From Reclinomonas americana ATCC 50394 (taxonomy: Eukaryota): a stretch of 34,328 bases of DNA. Each line of letters begins with the position of its first letter. The first letter of the stretch is position 1. Below the pieces are notes generated by a model, which saw nothing but the letters and a program-made list of their open reading frames with translations, did not search any database and was not told the DNA's origin. A program made the position numbers and the translations under genes. The DNA lies in assembly GCA_048213135.1 (NCBI GenBank), contig PS015177.1, forward strand, positions 34,432 to 68,759. Reading direction: 5' to 3'. This document shows positions 22,901 to 34,328 of this stretch, in pieces.

Positions 22901-25900
22901 GCTTGCCTCCATGGAGGTGAATCGAATGATGAACGAGAACGACCACATGTTCCGCGAAATCACTTCGGGTGAGTGTGTGCGTGCGTGTGTGCACATCGGT
23001 ATCCGTGAACTGTCAAGCTAATCATGAGTGGGTCATTCCGTTTGTTAACGCAGCTCGCGCCATGGCGCTGACGTCTGAAATGGTACCTGTCGACAATGAG
23101 ATTTGCCACCTTTGTCTGTCTTGCTGATCCGGCTTGCATGTCCGTGTGCAGGGTGTGGTGGAGTACGTGAATCGAGGCTTCATGCGGTTGCTGGGATACC
23201 CGGCCGACGCCATTTGTGGCAGTAGTATCAAGGTACATGACGACAATGATCCGTCTCAATGAGTGCAGTGTGAATTGCTCACTTCTCGTGTGTTTGGTGA
23301 TCACAGACCATCATACCGGCGCACCTGCACACGTCGCACGACGCGCACATTATGCGACACGTTACACAACCGGCGGCCAGTCGTCGAGCGCTGTCCATCA
23401 CTCGTCGAGCCGAGGTGTGTGCTTCCGTTGTGTGTATGTTGAAGACAGTTATCGGTGTTCAGTGATGCTCATGGGGGTACACAGGCATGCCATCGCGACG
23501 GCAGTGCCGTGCCAGTGGACCTGTCGGTGGTGGAGTGCGAGGTGAACGAGCGACGAGTGTTTGCTGTGTTCATGATCGAGGCGACGCAGAAAATGGCGAT
23601 CCAGAGAGCAGCCGAGATGCAGATGGAGAAGGTGTGTTGCGCTGGCCTACCTTCGCAATTGCATCGCTGGCTGACCTGCGGACGCACGACCCAGGCTGTA
23701 TCCATGGCTCGCACGTTCCCCGAGGGCATGATCATGTCGGATCTGCAGGGCAAGATCCAGCAAGTGAACGAGGCGGGTCTGCAGCTGTTCGGATACTCGA
23801 GTGCAGCGGATCTGGTTGGTCGCAACATCCGTGTGCTGATGCCGATGCCACATTCGGAGCGACACGACTCGTTGCGTGTGTGTCCCAAGCACAAGGAGTA
23901 TGAAGCGGAGGAGCAGGCTGATTGTTCAGGCATGCAGGTACATGGCGCACTACCTCGCCGCGCAAGCGCCACCGGACGGGCAAGCTCGTGCTGTGATGCA
24001 GCAGTTGCAGCAACAGCTCCTTTGCGAGTCTTAGTTGATGGGCACACTCATCGTGAGTTTCGATGCAGTGGTCGTGAGGTACAAGCGTTGTGCAAGAACG
24101 GGTCGATGATTGCCGTGCGCGTACACGTGCTTGATGTGTCGGTGCACGGCGAGCGATGCTTCTGTGCGCTGATCCAGAGCAATGTGGACGAGGCCAAACT
24201 GCGTTCTGGACTCGAGGAGCGCATCGACGAGATGACAAACTTGCTGTCGATGACGTCGGATGCTGTTGCGTAGGCGCGAGGATGAGTGCAAGAGACCAGA
24301 AAATCTGTAATCTCACGCTCTGGGTGCGCGACAGATTGTGTGGGCGGATGAGAGCGGTGAAGTAACGTGGTGCAACACTGCTGTGCCGCGCCTCCTTGGC
24401 TACTCGGTGGAGGAGTTGACGAGTGCGCAAGGTGTGTTGACTCTGATGGATGGGGAGGAGTTCACGGTTTGTGATTGATATGTGTTGTACAGCGACGCCA
24501 CGAATTGCCCTTCAGTCACTGCTGAAACCGTTGACCGTGCGCGACGTGGTGCAATGTGGCAGCAGTGGGCGGGCGGTGGATCTCACACGCAAGGATGGAC
24601 AAAAGTTGCATCTTGTTCCTTACAACCCCAACGTAAATGTGAAGCTTATGTGCTATGCAGAGTTCGTTTGGTCGTGCATGGCACCGAGGCTCACATGGAG
24701 GGACGGCAGCGGATTATTGTGTGCATTTCCGAGCCGAACTCGCAGATGTGTGCGATTCGAGAGCAGCACGAGCGCAACGACAACCTGCAAGAGGTGAGGG
24801 GACTCGAAAACGACTTCACGTGGGTTGTGTTTGACGAAGCTCATGCATTGTTGTGGCTGCAGCTACTGGGCATTTCGTTCCCACGTGCGGCGCTGGAGAA
24901 GATGTCGGCGCACTCGATCGGCAGTGCGCAGAATTTGTTGGAGATGGTGCGTCAGTCGTGCAGTCAGTGTGCAGCGGTTTTGCATTCTTTGGAACTTATC
25001 ACGTTTGTCGAGACAGGTAACGATGGAGGAGATTGACACGCCGCCGACTATGTTTGAGTTCCACCCCGAGGTGACGTGCACATTCATCAAGGTGTTGTCG
25101 GTGCAACACGCGGCCGGCAGTGCAGGTGAGCGTGAAGAGGGGATTATCTCTGCTGCTAGTGCTGAACACGACGAGAGCACAGGAGCGGCTGCGGCGGGTG
25201 GCGACGGCAAGGTGTCGCTGTTGGAAAAGATCGAAGTGGTGCACCAGCTGCTCGGTGCGTTTGACCGGCTGGTGAAGCAGCACAACATTGAGCGCGTGAA
25301 GACCATTGGTGAGTGAGGTCAATGGGCGAAGTGTGTTATCGTCAGCTCATCGCCGCGACAGGCTCGGCCTATCTTGCCGTGTCGGGCATGTACTTGCCGC
25401 GGCACGATCACGCGACGGCTGTGGTGGAATTTACGATGGCTGCGAAGCAGGCGATCTTGGAGTTGTGCCAGCGAGTTGCGTTTGTGTGTTCGACATGCTG
25501 TGTGTTGCATTTGGTGTGGTTTGTAACAAGCCTGTCTTTGTGGCACAGCGGCAAGTGGAGATCAAGTTCCGCATTGGCGTGAACACGGGGCCGGTGACAT
25601 CGGGGATTGTTGCGGGTCTGATTCGTACGTTCGACTTGTATGGTGGTGAGTGCGTGAGGGTGGGAAGGGGAAGACAGTAATTGTTTTGACTTGTTTCTGT
25701 GTCCACACAGATTCCGTGAACATGGCGTCCCGGATGGAAAGCTCGGCACCGTTCGGGATGATTCAACTGAGTGAGGTGAGCGTGCATGGCGGCATGCATG
25801 AGTTGTCGTTGTTCGCTGCTTGCTGACACTCGGTTTTCCGGCAGTCGACGCATCGCAAGACGCGTGGAGTGTTTGAAGTGGAGGCGGCGAGTGTCGAAGG

Positions 25901-26031
25901 TGAGACGCGCTCTGCGAGAAAAAAGGAGGGAGCATGTGTCTTTCTTGCTGACTCGGTGCTTCACAGTCAAGGGCATTGGTATCGTGACGAGTTATGTGTT
26001 GGTGGGAGTGGTCGGCGGTCGGCGCCTGTAA
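16963..26031 (+). CDS. TmcB/TmcC-like polytopic membrane protein with three PAS domains and a C-terminal class III (adenylyl-type) cyclase homology domain, about 45 exons
   Basis: N-terminal TM helices with a Cys pair (PLHCDF...WKCDDP). TmcB-like motifs include LFPHVWSVELAAR, CDALFKGMMSDFPDQAELVLWYAQFVSEIKND, a Ser-rich linker and FAMIPK, followed by further TM segments. PAS1 GVVEYVNRGFMRLLGY, PAS2 GKIQQVNEAGLQLFGY..LVGRNIRVLMP and PAS3 GEVTWCNTAVPRLLGY. Helix LLGISFPRA, then the cyclase: ERVKTIGSAYLAVSG, FRIGVNTGPVTSGIVAG, FDLYGDSVNMASRMES, VEVKGIG. Stop is TAA at 26029-26031. The start codon is uncertain because there is an upstream acceptor at 16926. Confidence 0.85.
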
Positions 26032-26595
26032 ATAACAGCAAGAAAACGATCCGGATCGCCAAGGCGGCTTAGATGCCTGCGAAGTTTTACATTAAAGGCA
26101 ACCGTGATGCACCAAAGTGCGACTTATGAGAGATATCGACGACGGATTGTCCACAATTGATTGCGACAGACTCAAAGGTGAAGAGAGAAATGCATGTCAG
26201 CCTCCGTTACACGCTGCCACTTCTTCCTTGTTGTTCATCATCGTGCCACTCTCTCCTCTCCTCCATCCTCACACCCCTCCATCTGACTTGGCGTGTTGTT
26301 TGTTCGCGCCATCACCGCAAGACACACACAAAAGACACGCACCACACACTCGTACTCTCTCCCCCCTGGTACACTCGCTCACCGCTGTGCCCGTCTGTGT
26401 GCAGCACCGGCGTGGCGTGATCAGCAAGAAGGGGGCGCACACGGGCAAGGCGGGCGCGCGCATTTTCGTTTTTCTGGCGACGCACGCACGCACGCGCGAG
26501 GGAGAGCGGCACGCACACTCACTCACACATCGGCTCTCATCGCGCCCTCTCTCTGTCTCTGAGACGCACACCACTGCGATCACGACGCTGGCGTC

Positions 26596-27528
26596 ATGAC
26601 GACAGAGGTGGAGGAGTTGAGATCCGAGGTATGTGTGTGTAAGGAGGGAGAGCGCGCGCGCGCGCCGTTGAGACATCAAATCTGCTCAATCACTCACTTC
26701 ATGTGCGCCTCTCTCTCATCTCTCAAGAATGCGCTGCTGCGATCGGAGAACAAGGAGCTGCGACTGGAGCTGGAGCAGCTAAAGGGGCGGTATGCGTGGG
26801 CAGAAGGCGAAGCGCAGACGCTGTTGGATGAGGAGCGCGCCAACTCGGCCGCGCTGCATCACAAACTGCAGCAACTGGAGACCTCGCTGCAGGAGGAGCG
26901 CAAGCGCAATCGTGAGCTGTTCAGGGAGACGGAGAAGTTGAGAAAGACGATGGCTGAGTCGGCGGCAGCGGCAGCGGCGGCGGCGGCTGCTGCTGCTGCT
27001 CCACCACCTCCGCCACCACCGCCACCTCCTCCTTCACAAGCAGCGCAGGGACCAGTGTCGATCTCGCAGCCTGTGTCGGTGCCGGCACTCAACTCGCCGC
27101 GCACGCTGGCAAATGGCTCGTCACCTGCGCGGCGGCCGGGACCGCAGCAGGGTTCGGCGGCGGCGGCGGCCTCAGTCATCCCCACGATTCAGTCGTCGTC
27201 TTCAGTGTCGTCGTTGGATTCGCCGGGAAGGACGCGTGGCGCGGCCGGCACGTCGGCGTTTGCGGTGCCCACTGGATCAGTGGCGACGAACGCCACTGTG
27301 ATTGCATATCAGCGCAAGCCTGCCGTTGGCTACATTGGCGCCAACACGCAGGCCACGCTGCCGTCCAGACAGATCGTCACCACGGCGCTCAACAAATCCT
27401 CCCTGTCGTCGCAACAGCAAGCGTCGTCGCCGGGCCAGCAGTCGCTGTCCAAGCGGCCGGCGCCCACCAGCAGCGGCAATACCTCACAACAACAACAACA
27501 GCAGCAGCAACTGCTATTGCAGCAACAA

Positions 27529-27560
<32 letters not shown>

Positions 27561-29615
27561 ACAACAGCAGCAGCAACAACAAGCGCAGCAAGTGCAAATG
27601 CAAGTGCCGGTGAAACTGGCCGACACGCCGGAGCAGATTTCGCTGCCGAAAACCGCACTTTCGCCACTTCCGCAGCGACCGCGCAGCAGCGCGTCTCGCG
27701 CATCGGAGGGACCGCGAGCACTGGCGGATTCACCGCTGCGGTTGCGTGTGGCGGCTGTAGCGCTGTCGCCACGGCTGGGCACTCCGTCGGACCCCTCGTC
27801 GCCCATGCTGGACGATGCGGCGTCGGCGAATTCGGCATTCAAGGCTGTGCTGTCACCCCGGAATGTGCAATTACTCTCCGCGTTTGGGTCGCCCCGACCG
27901 TTTGATCCGACTGCCGCATCTCCATTCAAGGAGTTGCCAATGGGCGACGGAAGCAGCACGGCGGCGTCCTCGCAGCAGCACTCCTTCCTGTACACGCCAT
28001 CATCTGTGGCTTCGACCGCCAGCCATTCTTCTCGTCGCCTCTCCTCGGAAATCGTGAATCACAACAGCGTCGGCGCAAGTGGCAGCACCATCAAGGTGAA
28101 GTTTCCTCTTTCCGTGCCTGTGTTTTTTTTGGGAGTGTGTTTCTGTTGCTGATGGTACTGTGCGTGACACACAGGTGCCACCGCTGTTCGTACCGGGAAC
28201 CGGCGGCTCACTTGCTGGCGGCAACAACATTCCGTCGGCCCTCCAGCGCGATGACCATCAGTTGCCGGTGTGTGTCCATACCTGGGTGTGTATGTGTGCT
28301 ATATGTGTATCTCTACAAGGTTGCACTCACTGACCGCCCCACCTCGTTTGTGTTACCCAGGCCAAGCGAACACTGTCGCCACCGAATCGATCGAGCGGCT
28401 CCTCGGCCCACCCCATTGTGCCACCACTGTTGTCGTTGCGCCAAGTCAGCGCCAACAACTCGCTCCTCAACAGCAGCACGTTGACGGAGGACAGAGACAA
28501 CGACCACTCGCTCGGCAACTCGCAGATCCACACCGGCTCCGATGAGTACGAGGATGCGTCGCCGAGGAGAAAACAGCGGACACCGCGCTCGCGGCCGAGC
28601 TCATCGCAGGTCACACCACGGGAGCGCAAGGCACTGACGCCACGTGAACGGAGCTCACGAATGGTCGGTCGCTCCAAAGTGCGCGGTGGCGCCGGCGCCA
28701 ACGATGCGATTGGACTGGAGATCGGTGATCGCGTCACGGCTACAGCCGACGCACGTCCGGGCACCATCCGTTTCATGGGCTACACCAAATTCTCGGAGGG
28801 CTTTTGGATTGGCATTGAGCTCGACGAGCCCTGTTGCGTCCGTCTCTTTCTTTTTCTTTTCCACCTGTGCTTTTGTCTGATTTTATGTCTCTCATCGCCG
28901 ACACACGCCCCGGGCAGTTGGCAAGAACGACGGCAAGGTCAGCAACACACGCTACTTTTCGTGCCCGCCAATGTGCGGAGTGTTTGCGCGTCCGTCGGCC
29001 GTCATTCTCTTGCGGAGAGAGTCGGTACGTGCTCGTTTGTTGTTGATTTATTGGTTCGCAAGTAGTGCCGCTTACGTGCATCTCTTCCAGGTGAGCGATC
29101 GCGGCGCAAGTCCTAACCGAGCTGCGGCAGCACAAAGGTGTGCACTGTTGTTGTTTTTCGTTTGCTGTCTGTGCGGTACAACTTTCTCATTCGTGTGTGA
29201 CGCAGACGCCCGAACAAGAGCCCCGGCAGATCTATCGCTGGTAATCCTGCTGTTGGAAGCAGCACACTCGAGAGTCCACGGTACGCGGTCGTAGAAACGC
29301 ACAGCATCATACTGCCCTGCCCACCTCTTCGTCTAATTTGTGGTGCATGGCAGATTGCCCCGACTTTCCACCGAGAGACTAGTGTCGTACAGCAGTCCGC
29401 GGAGGGCGCCACACGAGCCTCTGTCGGCTCGTGACGCGCCAACTGGTATTCCGTCACCGCGACGATTGGCACCCACGGCTCCGGCCACCACGCGGCCGAG
29501 TGGCACTAGCGGCTCGTCGACAGTGGGCGCCACGGTCAGGAGACCTAGCGGGGCAGGCGGCGGGTCGATAACACCGCGAGAGCGATCGCTCGTTCGTGCG
29601 GGAATCAAGCGTTGA
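26596..29615 (+). CDS. Coiled-coil / polyQ low-complexity / CAP-Gly domain protein, about 8 exons
   Basis: Coiled coil MTTEVEELRSE|NALLRSENKELRLELEQL, then poly-A/P/Q tracts. The spliced CAP-Gly domain reads LEIGDRVTATADARPGTIRFMGYTKFSEGFWIGIELDEPFGKNDGKVSNTRYFSCPPMCGVFARPS. A basic Ser/Pro tail runs to TGA at 29613-29615. Confidence 0.85.
27487..27581 (+). repeat. CAG/CAA trinucleotide repeat encoding polyglutamine
   Basis: Mixed CAA/CAG run in frame within the long exon. Confidence 0.9.
28833..28917 (+). other. Representative intron with the atypical GTTGCGT 5' splice site
   Basis: Removing GTTGCGTC...GGGCAG joins IELDEP(t|tt)GKNDG. This matches the intronless CAP-Gly IELDKPYGKNDG at about 31370 residue for residue. 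Confidence 0.9.
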
Positions 29616-29876
29616 TGGCATGTGTGTGAAAGAGAGAGAGAGAGCATTCCTGTGGGTGTGTGTGTGATGAGGAGGAGATTTCACGGAGCGCCAAAATTGT
29701 ACGGACCTTTGTCTTTTTTTGTGATACTTAAGACTCACACAAAAATAGGCTGTTTACCACACCACTTCTGCACACATGAGATAAAAAAAGAAAGAGTAGG
29801 ATACCACACGTCGTGAGCAAGAGATAGAGAAAGGAAGTTGATCATCATGCACGCCGGGCGGTCATCTCAGCTCGTC

Positions 29877-34302
<4,426 letters not shown>

Positions 34303-34328
34303 CTGCACACCGTTCTCCCACGCTTCAG

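Overview
This is a GC-rich, compact, very intron-dense eukaryotic (protist-like) draft scaffold with N-gaps and microsatellites. The ORF track fragments the genes, so I spliced them by hand into eight protein-coding genes with about 100 introns, mostly 55-100 nt. The genes are: (1) a putative CudA/p53-like Ig-fold DNA-binding protein (-); (2) a secreted protein of unknown function (+); (3) an F-box/LRR protein with an N-terminal YxxxxLL eIF4E-binding-like motif (+); (4) an N-myristoylation-motif ankyrin-repeat protein (-); (5) and (7) two apparently paralogous coiled-coil/CAP-Gly proteins; (6) a ~9 kb, ~45-exon TmcB-like membrane protein with three PAS domains (at least one FixL-type heme-PAS) and a class III cyclase domain lacking both metal-binding aspartates (+); and (8) a 5'-truncated Kelch/coiled-coil/CAP-Gly protein (-). 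The most striking signal is in splicing. About a quarter of the inferred introns use an atypical donor, GTTGCGT, which is the ordinary GTGCGT donor with an extra T. This donor is used almost only when the exon does not end in G. All exon boundaries and counts are manual inferences without transcript data, and the organism cannot be identified from this window.
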